A stretch of 64,000 nt of DNA from assembly GCA_965262725.1 (NCBI GenBank), contig OZ253555.1, positions 576,001-640,000 on the forward strand, in the 5' to 3' direction. The notes below the pieces were generated by a model. That model was not told where the DNA came from. It ran no database searches and saw nothing but the letters and a program-made list of their open reading frames with translations. The first letter of the stretch is position 1; every line of letters starts with the position of its first letter. Of this stretch, positions 40,325-49,995 are shown one piece after another. Position numbers and translations under genes: made by a program. This DNA comes from Dehalococcoidia bacterium (GTDB lineage Bacteria > Chloroflexota > Dehalococcoidia > UBA2979).

Positions 40325-41539
40325 TCAGTCGGCAGCGGCCCGCAGATCCTCGACGCGGTCGAGGCGCTCCCACGGTGCCTCGCTCTCATCGCGTCCGAAG
40401 TGTCCGTAGGCGGCGAGCGGGCGGTAGATGGGTCGCCACAGTCCCAGCGTCTCGATGATGGCCCGCGGGCGCAGGTCGAAGTGCTCGCGCACGAGTCGGG
40501 CCAGCGTCTCGTGGTCGAGGCGGCTCGTCCCGAAGCTCTCCACGCTCACCGAGGTGGGCCGCGCCACGCCGATCCCGTAGGAGAGCTGCACCTCGAGCCG
40601 CTCGGCGAGTCCGGCGGCGACCAGGTTCTTGGCGATGTAGCGCGCGGCGTAGGCGGCGGAACGGTCGACCTTCGACGGATCTTTCCCGGAGAAGGCGCCC
40701 CCGCCGTGCCGGGCGATGCCGCCGTAGGTGTCGACGATGATCTTGCGTCCCGTGAGGCCGGCGTCCCCCATCGGCCCCCCCGTCACGAAACGCCCCGTCG
40801 GGTTCACGAGGATGCGAGTGGGGCGATCCACGTCCAGGAGCTCCGGCGGGCAGATGGCTCGGATCACGTGGCTCTCCACGTCGCGCCTCAGTTCGGCCGT
40901 GTCGACGTCGGGCTCGTGCTGCGTCGAAATGACCACCGTATCGATGCGTCGCGGGACGCCGTGGGCGTACTCGACCGTCACCTGCGACTTCCCGTCGGGA
41001 CGGAGGTAGGGGAGAGTGTCCGCCCTGCGGAGTTCCGCGAGGCGCCGCACGAGTCGGTGCGCGAGCGTGATCGTGAGCGGCATGTACTCCGGCGTCTCGT
41101 TGCAGGCGAAGCCGACCATCATTCCCTGATCGCCGGCGCCGAGCAGATCGAGAGGGTCGACCCCGTCCTCCCGCCCGCGCGCCTCCAGCGCGTGCTCGAC
41201 GCCGAGGGCGATGTCCTGTGACTGCTCCTTGATCGCGTTCAGGACGCCGCACGTCTCCCAGTCGAAGCCGAGGCTGGAGCGGTCGTAGCCGATCTCGCGC
41301 ACCGTGTTGCGGACGATGGCCTGCAGATCGACGTAGGCGGACGTCGTGATCTCGCCGAAGACGAGAACGAACCCGGTCGTCGTGGCCGCCTCGCAGGCGA
41401 CGCGCGCGTTGGGATCCTCCGCGAGGATCGCGTCGAGCACGGCGTCCGCGACCTGATCGCAGAGCTTGTCGGGATGGCCCTCCGTCACCGACTCGCTCGT
41501 CAGCAGCAGAGAGGGTGAGACCTGGAAACTCGTCGCCAC
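40325..41539 (-). CDS. metK: S-adenosylmethionine synthetase
   Basis: [42 protein letters not shown]. Confidence 0.99.
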   Translation of the reverse strand: MATSFQVSPSLLLTSESVTEGHPDKLCDQVADAVLDAILAEDPNARVACEAATTTGFVLVFGEITTSAYVDLQAIVRNTVREIGYDRSSLGFDWETCGVLNAIKEQSQDIALGVEHALEARGREDGVDPLDLLGAGDQGMMVGFACNETPEYMPLTITLAHRLVRRLAELRRADTLPYLRPDGKSQVTVEYAHGVPRRIDTVVISTQHEPDVDTAELRRDVESHVIRAICPPELLDVDRPTRILVNPTGRFVTGGPMGDAGLTGRKIIVDTYGGIARHGGGAFSGKDPSKVDRSAAYAARYIAKNLVAAGLAERLEVQLSYGIGVARPTSVSVESFGTSRLDHETLARLVREHFDLRPRAIIETLGLWRPIYRPLAAYGHFGRDESEAPWERLDRVEDLRAAAD

Positions 41540-41577
41540 GACGCCCTCGCCTTCTCGATTCGCCCCCGGCTCGGGGC

Positions 41578-42876
41578 CTACGCCTCGGGGTCCGCGGGGA
41601 CGGCGGCGTCCCACGTGTTCAGGTAGCGGCGCTGCGCGTCGGTGAGAGTGTCGATCCTGATGCCCATCGCCTCGAGCTTCAGCCGCGCGACCTCCTGGTC
41701 GATCTCGAGCGGGACGTCGAGCACGCGCGACTCCATCCCGGCGTGCTCGTTCACCACGTACTCGGCACAGAGCGCTTGGTTCGCGAACGACATGTCCATC
41801 ACCGAGGCGGGGTGTCCCTCGGCGGCGCCGAGGTTGACGAGGCGGCCGCCGGCGAGCACGACGAGGTGCCGGCCATCCTGAAGCGTGTACTCCTCGACGT
41901 TGTCGCGGAGCGTGCGCCGCGCCTCGGTCAGGGCCTCGAGCGCGGGCAGGTTGATCTCCGAGTCGAAGTGCCCCGAGTTGGCGAGGATCGCGCCCGACTT
42001 CATGCGGGCGAACGCGGCCTCGTCGATCACGTTGATGTTCCCGGTCACGGTGATGAAGATGTCTCCCGCGGCGGCCGCCTCCGCGATCGGCATGACGCGG
42101 AAGCCGTCCATCGCCGCCTCCAGGGCGGGGAGCGGCTCCACCTCCGTGACGACCACCTGCGCTCCCATCCCCCGTGCACGGCTCGCGAGGCCGCGACCGC
42201 ACCACCCGTATCCGCAGACGACCAGCGTCTTGCCGGCGAGCAGCACGTTGGTGGCGCGGATGACGCCGTCGAGCGTGGACTGGCCCGTTCCGTAGCGGTT
42301 GTCGAAGAAGTGCTTGGTAGCGGCGTCGTTGACGGCGACGATCGGGTAGGCGAGCAGCCCCTCCGCGGAGAGCGCGCGCAGCCGGACCACGCCGGTCGTG
42401 GTCTCCTCCAGTCCACCGATGACATCCGGGAGGAGGTCGCGGCGCGAGGTGTGCAAGAGCGCCGTGAGATCGGCGCCGTCGTCGATGATGAGCTGTGGCC
42501 CGTGCCCGGTGACCTCCTCGAGGTGCCGCGCGTAGGTGGCGGCGTCCTCCCCCCGGAAGGCGAAAGTGGGAATGCCGTGCGCGTGGACCAGGGCGGCGGC
42601 GACCTCGTCCTGCGTGGAGAGCGGGTTGGAGGCGCAGAGCCGGATGTCGGCTCCCGCGTCCCCGAGCGTGAGCATCAGGTTCGCCGTCTCCGACGTGACG
42701 TGCAGGCAGCAGGCGATGCGCACTCCGGCGAGTGGCCGCTCGCGCGCGAACCGGCGCCGGATCTCCTCGATGACCGGCATCTCTCGCGCCGCCCACTCGA
42801 TGCGGCGCACACCGGCCAGCGCCAGCGAGCCGTCCGCGATCTCATGGGGCGTATCGACATCGCTGCGCGTCGTCAT
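41578..42876 (-). CDS. ahcY: Adenosylhomocysteinase
   Basis: [51 protein letters not shown]. Confidence 0.98.
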   Translation of the reverse strand: MTTRSDVDTPHEIADGSLALAGVRRIEWAAREMPVIEEIRRRFARERPLAGVRIACCLHVTSETANLMLTLGDAGADIRLCASNPLSTQDEVAAALVHAHGIPTFAFRGEDAATYARHLEEVTGHGPQLIIDDGADLTALLHTSRRDLLPDVIGGLEETTTGVVRLRALSAEGLLAYPIVAVNDAATKHFFDNRYGTGQSTLDGVIRATNVLLAGKTLVVCGYGWCGRGLASRARGMGAQVVVTEVEPLPALEAAMDGFRVMPIAEAAAAGDIFITVTGNINVIDEAAFARMKSGAILANSGHFDSEINLPALEALTEARRTLRDNVEEYTLQDGRHLVVLAGGRLVNLGAAEGHPASVMDMSFANQALCAEYVVNEHAGMESRVLDVPLEIDQEVARLKLEAMGIRIDTLTDAQRRYLNTWDAAVPADPEA

Positions 42877-43853
42877 CGCGCTCCTCCTTCGTCCGCGTCG
42901 TGCGGGTGGCGGCGGGGCCTCTCGACCCACTCTTCGGCGTGCCCCCCGGACGCCGCCGCGCGGATCCCCGCTCGCCGCCGCGCGCGGAGGCGCCGCCACC
43001 ACGAGCGGACGCCCTCAGCCGGGCGCCGCACGAGCCGCGCCTCGACCACATCGGCACCTCTCTCGTAGCCGAGGCGCCGGTAGGCGCGGACGGCGCGGGT
43101 GTTCGTGGGATCGACGGTGAGCACGATGAGCCCCAGTCCCTGGGCCAGCAGCGTGGCCGTGACGGCGCCGGTGACCCTCGTTCCGAGTCCGCGCGAGCGG
43201 TAGGACGGGTGCGTCATCACGTTGCCGACCACGCCGACGCCCCGCCCCGGCGAGACGACGTGGGTGCCGGCGACCGCCGCCAGCCGCCGCCCGTCGAACG
43301 CTCCCCAGTAGGGGAGGCGCTGCACGTCGGAGGCGGTGTAGTGGGCCGGGGCGCCGCCCGCCCGGTAGAGCTGGTTGAGCGCCGGGACATCGACGTCGCT
43401 CAGCCGGCGCAGCGGCAGCACGCCGGGATCGGCCGGCGCGTCCGGTGCCGGCCGGAACGAATCGGCGGTCGTCTGCATGCGGTGCATGACCAGTCGATCG
43501 GTTGCCTGATGGGTCTTCTCCAGGGCCGGAAGATGCTCGGGGGCGGCCGTGGCGAGGTACGAGGCCGACGGCCCCGGGTGCAGCGCGAGCGCGGCACCCA
43601 CCGCCGTCGGGTTGCCGATCAGGAGCATCGTCCGCCCATTCCCGCGCGCCTGCACCACGATCCCACTCGCCCCGTCGGCGCGCTGCGCCAGCCAGAAGCG
43701 CGCCCGCCCGAATCGAGCCGGGTCGAGCTGCGCGAGGGCGTACGCGCAGTACGCGCGGTCGCCGCCCATCGCCGTCTCCAGCTCGCCCGGATCGCGGCTC
43801 TCGCGGACGCGCACGAACTCGCTCTCCGCCCGGCGTCCCGGGGCTGCGGTCAT
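42873..43853 (-). CDS. GNAT (FR47-like) acetyltransferase
   Basis: GNV.THP.YRSRGLG motif A, N..A.RAY.RLGY; ATGA overlap with ahcY. Confidence 0.88.
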   Translation of the reverse strand: MTAAPGRRAESEFVRVRESRDPGELETAMGGDRAYCAYALAQLDPARFGRARFWLAQRADGASGIVVQARGNGRTMLLIGNPTAVGAALALHPGPSASYLATAAPEHLPALEKTHQATDRLVMHRMQTTADSFRPAPDAPADPGVLPLRRLSDVDVPALNQLYRAGGAPAHYTASDVQRLPYWGAFDGRRLAAVAGTHVVSPGRGVGVVGNVMTHPSYRSRGLGTRVTGAVTATLLAQGLGLIVLTVDPTNTRAVRAYRRLGYERGADVVEARLVRRPAEGVRSWWRRLRARRRAGIRAAASGGHAEEWVERPRRHPHDADEGGAR

Positions 43854-43857
43854 CGTC

Positions 43858-43915
43858 GGCGAGCGGCCGTTCGGCCGGGGACGCAGCAGCGAGCGCCCGC
43901 AGCGCTCCCCGGCAC
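43858..43915 (-). promoter_or_regulatory. SAH-riboswitch-like element (variant)
   Basis: GCCGGGGAGCGCTGC...CCCCGGC-CG-AACGGCCGCTC resembles the SAH aptamer; lies just upstream of GNAT-ahcY-metK; lacks the CAGG core. Confidence 0.4.
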
Positions 43916-44163
43916 CCCGCGCCCGAGCCGCGGTGGCCGCTCGCTCGCCCACTCGATGCGGACGGAGTGGCTGGTCGCGCCGCGTACTCTCGACGCGGCG
44001 CGGGGCGCCTCTGCCACCAGCGCTCCTTCGCCGCCCCCGGACGTCCCTCGCGCGACGCGCTCCCTGTGCGACGCCCGCCGTCGTCGACCGGAATAGAATA
44101 GCGGTGCGGCTGTGCTCGCGCCCGAGGGCGCCCATCTTCTCGGCAGCGTGTAGCATCGCGCGC

Positions 44164-45021
44164 GTGGAGGCCACCCCGCGACCCGTCGGCGGCGATCGGC
44201 CGCGCCCCGCTCGAGGCGCGGCGGCTGATCTGTTCTCCGCGCTGGTCCCCTTCTACGACCTCGACGTTGTGGGCTACGACGCCGATGTCGAGCTCTACGA
44301 GGTACTGGCGGGGCAGGTCAGCCGGTCCCCCGACAGACCCGCCCGCGTCCTGGAGCTCGGCTGCGGGACGGGACGCGTGGCGGCGGCGCTCGCCGCTGCC
44401 GGTCACCCGGTCACGGCGGTCGATGTGAGCAGGGCGATGCTCGCGCGGTGCCGGGAGCGCTGCGCCGGTCTCCCCGTGCGGATCCTGCACGGCGACATGC
44501 GCACGCTGGACCTCGACGAGCGCTTCCGACTCGTGCTCGTGCCGCTCGGCGGGCTGGAGCACCTGAAGAGCGCGGCCGATCTCGTGGGAGCGCTCACGAC
44601 CGTGGAGCATCACCTCGCACCCGGCGGGCTCGCCGTCGTCGATGTGGCAGCGCCGCAACCGGAGGATCTGGCGCCGGGAGTGCAGCCGCTGCTGGAGCAG
44701 TGGACGCGCGACCTTCCCGCTGCTGGCGGAGATCCCGGCGCCCGCGTGTCCAAGTTGGTCTCCGTGGAATCGCGGCCGTCGGAGAGCCTTCGCGACGTGA
44801 CGTGGCATTTCGACGTGCAGCCGCCCGGCGGTGCGCTCAGGCGCACCACCCTGCGCTTCGCACTCCGTATGATCACCGCGGGAGAGCTCGAACTCGCGGC
44901 GGTGCTCGCAGGGCTTCGGGTGACGGGGTGGTACGAAGACTACGATCTCACGCCGCTCTCCGACGGCGCGGAACGTATCGTCGTGGCGCTGCGCCGGTCG
45001 CGGCGGCGGGGGCGCTCATGA
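44164..45021 (+). CDS. Class I SAM-dependent methyltransferase
   Basis: VLELGCGTGR, VDVS.AML, GDMR, HLAPGG; TAGCAT 7 nt before the GTG. Confidence 0.9.
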   Translation: MEATPRPVGGDRPRPARGAAADLFSALVPFYDLDVVGYDADVELYEVLAGQVSRSPDRPARVLELGCGTGRVAAALAAAGHPVTAVDVSRAMLARCRERCAGLPVRILHGDMRTLDLDERFRLVLVPLGGLEHLKSAADLVGALTTVEHHLAPGGLAVVDVAAPQPEDLAPGVQPLLEQWTRDLPAAGGDPGARVSKLVSVESRPSESLRDVTWHFDVQPPGGALRRTTLRFALRMITAGELELAAVLAGLRVTGWYEDYDLTPLSDGAERIVVALRRSRRRGRS

Positions 45022-45025
45022 GGGG

Positions 45026-46066
45026 ATGGCCGTGTCGCGGGTAGCGCTTGACGCGATGGGTGGCGACGACGCCCCCGCTGTGACCGTGGCGGGAGCGCTG
45101 CGCGCCGCGGCGGCGGGGATCGACGTGGCTCTCGTCGGCGACGAGGCAGAGGTGGAGCGGGAGCTCGACCGAGCTCTCGCGGACGCGGATGCGGGCGGGC
45201 AGGACGCGGGTGGGGCGAGGGAGCGCCTCCGCATCGTCCACGCGCCCGATCGCATCGGGATGGAGGAGCACTCCGCCCGCGAGGCGCGCTCGCGGCGCGA
45301 TTCCTCGATCTACGTTGGCACCGATCTCGTGCAGCGCGGCGAGGCCGACGCCTTCGTCTCCGCCGGCAACACCGGGGCGGTGCTCGCGACCGCCCTGGTG
45401 TTGCTCGGGCGTCTCCCGGGCGTGGAGCGGCCGGCGCTTGGCGTGGTGCTCCCCACGACGAGCGGCCCGCGTCTGCTGGTGGACGCCGGCGCGAACGCCG
45501 AGTCGCGTGCGTCCCACCTCGTGCAGTTCGCCCACCTGGGCGACGCGTACGCGCGCGTCGCGCTCGGCGTGACGCGACCGCGCGTGGCGTTGCTCTCGAT
45601 CGGCGGCGAGGCGAGCAAGGGTTCGTCGACGGTCGTGGACGCGCACGCCGCGCTCGCCGCGACGGACCTCCACTTCGTCGGCAATGTCGAGGGACACGAC
45701 CTGATCGCCACGAGTGCGGCCGATGTGATCGTTGCCGACGGCTTCTCGGGCAACGTCGCCCTGAAGTCGATAGAGGGCGTCATCGCGATGCTCTGGGAGG
45801 AACTGGCGTCCGTCGCACGCTCCTCCGCGCGGGGGCGGCTCGGCGGCTGGTTGCTCATGCCGGAACTGCGGACCACGATGCGGCGGCTCGACTACCGCCG
45901 CTACGGCGGCGCGCCGCTGCTCGGCGTGGGCGGGCTCGTCTATGTCGCGCACGGTCGCTCGGACGCGCGCGCGATCGAGAGCGCCCTGCGCAGCGCGTCG
46001 GAGGGCGTGCGCTCGGGACTGCTCGCGACGATCGCCGGTTCGGTGGCGCCGGCCGCCTCGTCGTAG
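45026..46066 (+). CDS. plsX: Phosphate acyltransferase
   Basis: ALDAMGGD.AP, SAGNTGA, DAGAN, GNVEG, DGF.GNVALK, GGAPLLG, HG.S. Confidence 0.97.
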   Translation: MAVSRVALDAMGGDDAPAVTVAGALRAAAAGIDVALVGDEAEVERELDRALADADAGGQDAGGARERLRIVHAPDRIGMEEHSAREARSRRDSSIYVGTDLVQRGEADAFVSAGNTGAVLATALVLLGRLPGVERPALGVVLPTTSGPRLLVDAGANAESRASHLVQFAHLGDAYARVALGVTRPRVALLSIGGEASKGSSTVVDAHAALAATDLHFVGNVEGHDLIATSAADVIVADGFSGNVALKSIEGVIAMLWEELASVARSSARGRLGGWLLMPELRTTMRRLDYRRYGGAPLLGVGGLVYVAHGRSDARAIESALRSASEGVRSGLLATIAGSVAPAASS

Positions 46067-46127
46067 GGGCGGCCCCTCGTGTCGTGGGATCGGCGAAGAG
46101 GCCGGCCGGCGGCCGGGCGAGGTCCTG

Positions 46128-46460
46128 CTACTCGGGCTGGATCGGAATCGCCTCGACGGTGCCGGGTACCTCGTTGAGCCCGAGGCCCCCCGATCCGGGG
46201 GCGAAGCGCCACCACAGCCGCATCGAGTCGCGCAGCGCGTCCACCTGATCTGTCGGATCGTCACCGGGAAGACAGTTGCCGAGGTGGTCGTCCAGCACGA
46301 GCGCGCCGACCGTGTCGATGCCGGAGCGTATCGCCATGAGCTGCGTCACGACCTCCTCGCAGGATCGATCATCGTCGAGCATTCTCGCGATGCCGCGGAC
46401 CTGGCCCTCGATGCGGCGCAGCCGCGCGCGCATCGGATCCGGACGGGTGCCATCGGTCAT
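46128..46460 (-). CDS. CsoR/RcnR family metal-sensing repressor
   Basis: RLRRIEGQVRGI.RM, C..V..Q..A, H...C (C-H-C ligand set). Confidence 0.93.
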   Translation of the reverse strand: MTDGTRPDPMRARLRRIEGQVRGIARMLDDDRSCEEVVTQLMAIRSGIDTVGALVLDDHLGNCLPGDDPTDQVDALRDSMRLWWRFAPGSGGLGLNEVPGTVEAIPIQPE

Positions 46461-46528
46461 GATCCATCCCTCGTTCGCCGCCGGGCCCGCGGGGCCCCGT
46501 CCTCGCCCGGCCCACCGCATGCTGCCGG

Positions 46529-46557
46529 TTGACATACCCCTTAGGGGTATCTAGAAT
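46529..46557 (+). promoter_or_regulatory. Consensus sigma70 promoter of trxA
   Basis: TTGACA-N17-TAGAAT. Confidence 0.85.
46534..46550. promoter_or_regulatory. CsoR/RicR-type operator ATACCCC-TTA-GGGGTAT
   Basis: Perfect inverted repeat with the TAC-C-tract...G-tract-GTA form of CsoR-family operators; next to the repressor gene. Confidence 0.85.
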
Positions 46558-46584
46558 ACTAGGCGACCACCTCGCGCCTGTCAA
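46556..46584 (-). promoter_or_regulatory. Sigma70 promoter of the CsoR-family gene
   Basis: Minus-strand TTGACA-N17-TAGTAT overlapping the trxA -10. Confidence 0.75.
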
Positions 46585-46672
46585 TCACGCTCGTGACCGT
46601 CTCGGCGGGCGGGGGCTGTGAGATGATCCGGTACACTGGTCCGCGACAAGCGCCCATGGCACGGAAGGACAG

Positions 46673-47002
46673 ATGATGGCTCATCCTGCCGACACGACAG
46701 ACGACACGTTCGACCAGGACGTCGTGCAGAGCGATCTCCCCGTGATGGTCGACTTCTGGGCGCCGTGGTGTGGGCCGTGCCGCATGGTCGCGCCGCTCGT
46801 AGAGGAACTCGCCGACGAGTACGACGGACGCGTGAAATTCGTGAAGCTCAACACGGACGAGAACCCGCGCGTCGCCGGGCAGTTCGGGATCCGCTCGATT
46901 CCCACGCTTCTGGTGTTCAAGGGCGGCAAGCCGGTGGGGCAGATCGTGGGCTTCCGGCCGAAGAGCGACCTCGCCAAGCATCTCGAGGCGGCGCTGGTCT
47001 AG
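46673..47002 (+). CDS. trxA: Thioredoxin
   Basis: [18 protein letters not shown]. Confidence 0.98.
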   Translation: MMAHPADTTDDTFDQDVVQSDLPVMVDFWAPWCGPCRMVAPLVEELADEYDGRVKFVKLNTDENPRVAGQFGIRSIPTLLVFKGGKPVGQIVGFRPKSDLAKHLEAALV

Positions 47003-47063
47003 CAGGTCAGTCCGGGGCGACACCGGGGAACGGGTCCGACCAGAGACGCCGGGTCCGGCGCCG

Positions 47064-47570
47064 CTACGTGAGTTGGCGGTCGGCCCGGGTCGACTTGTCG
47101 ATGCGGCGCCCCTGCTTCTCTTCCGCCCGTGCCAGCGCGCGACCGCGCTCCGGGTTCGGATCCGGAAGCACGCCGTAGATCGCGCGTCCCTCGTGGTCCG
47201 CGGGAAGATGCTCGGTGACCGGAAGACCTTCCGGCGTGCAGAACAGCAGTCAGTGGCAGTACTTCCACCGCTGCATCTCCTCGCAGGGGCAGATCCACGT
47301 CGAGCGCGTCGCCTCCTCTGCCTTGTCGGTGTAGAAGTTGCACGGGCAGAGGGGACGCCCCACCTCGTCGATGTGCTTCGCGAGCCCGATGACGAGGAAC
47401 TCGGTGATCTCGCGCTGCGGGTGCAGGTAGCTCCCGCTCTTGCGGGCGAACGACGTCACGAAGCGGGACATCTTCTCGATGTTGCGGGGGTCGGCCTGCG
47501 CGCGATCGGCGTCGGTGACCTGATCGACAGCGTATGCCTGGGCGTCACCCGATCCGGTGCTGTCGCTCAC
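47064..47570 (-). CDS. ftrC: Ferredoxin:thioredoxin reductase catalytic subunit, predicted selenoprotein (UGA=Sec at 47250-47252), 168 aa
   Basis: CPC, CPC, then C-H-TGA-LLF where C-H-C-x-LF is expected; open frame to TAG at 47064; SECIS hairpin follows. Confidence 0.9.
47219..47234 (-). promoter_or_regulatory. Bacterial SECIS element
   Basis: CCGGAA-GGUC-UUCCGG hairpin starting 16 nt after the UGA; AGGUCU apex as in the E. coli fdhF SECIS. Confidence 0.85.
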
Positions 47571-47747
47571 CGGCCGCTCCCCCGTTGCACGCGGTGCCTG
47601 TCAGTATGGTGACGGCCGGACGTGAGGCACAAGCGGGACCGTGGCGGCGTGGTGCGCGGGGACCCGGGCTCCGCGGTCGGTCCACAGTGGGCCGTGACTC
47701 GGACCGGCGGGTGCCCGGCGGCGGGTGGAAGCGGGGACGGTGATCCC

Positions 47748-48677
47748 GTGGACGATATCGACATCGCTATCGTGGGCGGGGGGCCGACCGGACTCGCCGC
47801 GGGCCTCTACGCTGCGCGGGCGCGCCGCCGTACGGTGCTCTGGGAGCGGGCCGTGCTCGGCGGGCAGATCGCGCTCACCTCGCTGGTTGAGAACTATCCG
47901 GGTTTCGCCGACGGCGTCCTGGGTCCGGACCTCAGCATCGACATGCACCACCAGGCCGAGAAGTTCGGCATGGAGACGCTCTACGGCAGCGTCGACGGGC
48001 TGCGTCGCGAGCCGCCCCACTACGTGCTCAGCACCTCGGACGGCGAGGTGCGTGCGAAGACGGTGATCGTCGCGGCCGGGGCGGATCCCGTGAAGCTGGG
48101 CGTGCCGGGCGAGGAGGCGCTCACCGGCCGCGGCGTCTCCTACTGCGCGACGTGCGATGCGGCCTTCTTCGCAGACGAGGTCGTCGCGGTCGTCGGCGGC
48201 GGCGACGCCGCGGTGGAGGAAGCGATCTTCACCACGCGCTACGCCCGCCGCGTCTACCTCATCCACCGTCGCGATCGGCTCCGTGCCTCGACGATCCTCC
48301 AGCAGCGCGGGCTCTCCAACGAGAAGATCGAGCCGATCTGGAGCACGGTGGTCGAGGAGATCCGGGGCACAGGGGATGCCCAGGTCGCGGCGCTGGCGCT
48401 CCGCCACGTCGTGAGCGGTGAGACGCGGGATCTGCCCGTCGCGGGCGTCTTCATCTTCATTGGGCACCGCCCCAGTACGGAGCTGCTGGCGGGCCTGGTG
48501 CCGCTGGATGGAGGCGGCCACGCCTACGTCAACCTCTGGATGGAGACCGGGCAGCCGGGTCTGTTCGCGGCCGGCGACGTGCGCGTCGACTCGGCGCGCC
48601 AACTCGCGACAGCCGCCGGAGACGGCGTGACCGCGGCCGTACGGGCCGAGCACTACCTGCAACAACACTTCGACTAG
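47748..48677 (+). CDS. trxB: NADPH-dependent thioredoxin reductase
   Basis: GGGP.GL.A, VENYPGF, GVSYCATCD, VGGGD.A.EEA, HRRD, AAGD. Confidence 0.96.
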   Translation: MDDIDIAIVGGGPTGLAAGLYAARARRRTVLWERAVLGGQIALTSLVENYPGFADGVLGPDLSIDMHHQAEKFGMETLYGSVDGLRREPPHYVLSTSDGEVRAKTVIVAAGADPVKLGVPGEEALTGRGVSYCATCDAAFFADEVVAVVGGGDAAVEEAIFTTRYARRVYLIHRRDRLRASTILQQRGLSNEKIEPIWSTVVEEIRGTGDAQVAALALRHVVSGETRDLPVAGVFIFIGHRPSTELLAGLVPLDGGGHAYVNLWMETGQPGLFAAGDVRVDSARQLATAAGDGVTAAVRAEHYLQQHFD

Positions 48678-48779
48678 CGGCTCGCCGGTGGGGACCGAGC
48701 GACGGCGGCCGATCGCCGCATCCGTCGCGGCGCCGCCGGCGAGCACAGCCCCGCGTCCGGGTTCCGCCTCCCCGTCGCT

Positions 48780-48797
48780 CCTTAACGGGGCCTTAAC
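48780..48797 (+). promoter_or_regulatory. Pho-box-like direct repeat CCTTAAC-N4-CCTTAAC
   Basis: 11-bp-period direct repeat upstream of pstS. Confidence 0.6.
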
Positions 48798-48867
48798 TGG
48801 CCGTGCCGAGACTCGCAGGTGTGGGTGGGCGAAACAATACGGAGTGGTGAGAAGGAGGGGACTCTTG

Positions 48868-49860
48868 ATGAGAGTGGTTCGGAGCCTCCGGCGACTGGAG
48901 CGCCTGCTCCTGCTGATGCTGGTGGGGGCAGCGCTGTCGCTGGCCGCCGCCTGCGACGGTGATGACGACACGGGCAGCACAGGGACCTCTGGCGCGAGCA
49001 GCGCTGCGCCCTCGCTCTCCGGCGCGGTCACCCTTGATGGTTCCAGCACCGTCTTCCCTGTGTCCGAAGCGGTTGCTGAGGAGTTCGGCAAGCGCCACTC
49101 GGACGTTCGCGTGACCGTGGGTGTGTCGGGCACCGGCGGTGGCTTCCAGAAGTTCTGCGCCGGCGAGACTGACATCTCCGACGCGTCGCGGCCGATCGAG
49201 GACTCGGAGCGTGAGGCGTGCGCCGCGGCGGGGATCGACTTCATCGAGCTGCGCGTGGGCCTCGATGGGCTCGCCGTGGTCGCCAACCCCGAGGCCGACT
49301 GGCTGACCGGCATCACGCTCGGGGAGCTCAACATCCTCTGGGGTCCGGAGGCCGAGGGGACCATCACCCGCTGGAACCAGGTGCGCGCGAGCTGGCCGGA
49401 TGAGGAGATCACGCTTTTCGGGCCGGACGTCGATTCGGGGACGTTCGACTTCTTCACCGAGGAAGTGAACGGCGAGTCCAAGGCGTCGCGGGCCGACTAC
49501 ACGAACTCGGCGGCTGACAACGTGCTCGTCATCGGCATCTCGGGCTCGAAGGGCGCGGCCGGCTACTTCGGCTACGCGTACTACGCGGAGAACGCGGACA
49601 AGCTCCGCATCGTCCCGGTCGAGGGCGTGACCCCGTCCGACGCGACGGTCGGAGACGGCAGCTACCCGCTCGCCCGGCCGCTCTTCATCTACGTCACGAA
49701 GCAGTCGCTCACGAAGCCGCAGGTGCGGGAGTTCGTGCGCTACTACCTGAGCGACGAGGGCATCCCGCTCGTCTCCGATGTGGGCTACACGAACATCCCC
49801 ACCTCTGAACTCGAGCAGGCACGGGCGACGCTTGAGGCTGCGATCGCGGAGGTGAGCTAG
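48868..49860 (+). CDS. pstS: Phosphate ABC transporter substrate-binding lipoprotein
   Basis: Lipobox LAAAC; DGSSTV.P, GTGGGF, SR, SGT..FF, YPLARPLFIY. Confidence 0.95.
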   Translation: MRVVRSLRRLERLLLLMLVGAALSLAAACDGDDDTGSTGTSGASSAAPSLSGAVTLDGSSTVFPVSEAVAEEFGKRHSDVRVTVGVSGTGGGFQKFCAGETDISDASRPIEDSEREACAAAGIDFIELRVGLDGLAVVANPEADWLTGITLGELNILWGPEAEGTITRWNQVRASWPDEEITLFGPDVDSGTFDFFTEEVNGESKASRADYTNSAADNVLVIGISGSKGAAGYFGYAYYAENADKLRIVPVEGVTPSDATVGDGSYPLARPLFIYVTKQSLTKPQVREFVRYYLSDEGIPLVSDVGYTNIPTSELEQARATLEAAIAEVS

Positions 49861-49995
49861 CCCGAACGGACTCCACCCGGACGGTCACTCACTGGGTCCC
49901 CGGCACGCGGGACGACCGCGTGCCGGGGGTCTCCTCCATCTGCGGTACATGTCTGGCGCGCGCCTGAATCTTTCACCACCGCCGCGACAGGGTCG

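Noticed and set aside
47250-47570. 106-aa FTR ending at TGA
   Set aside because: This would cut the catalytic C-H-C motif; the SECIS and open frame support read-through
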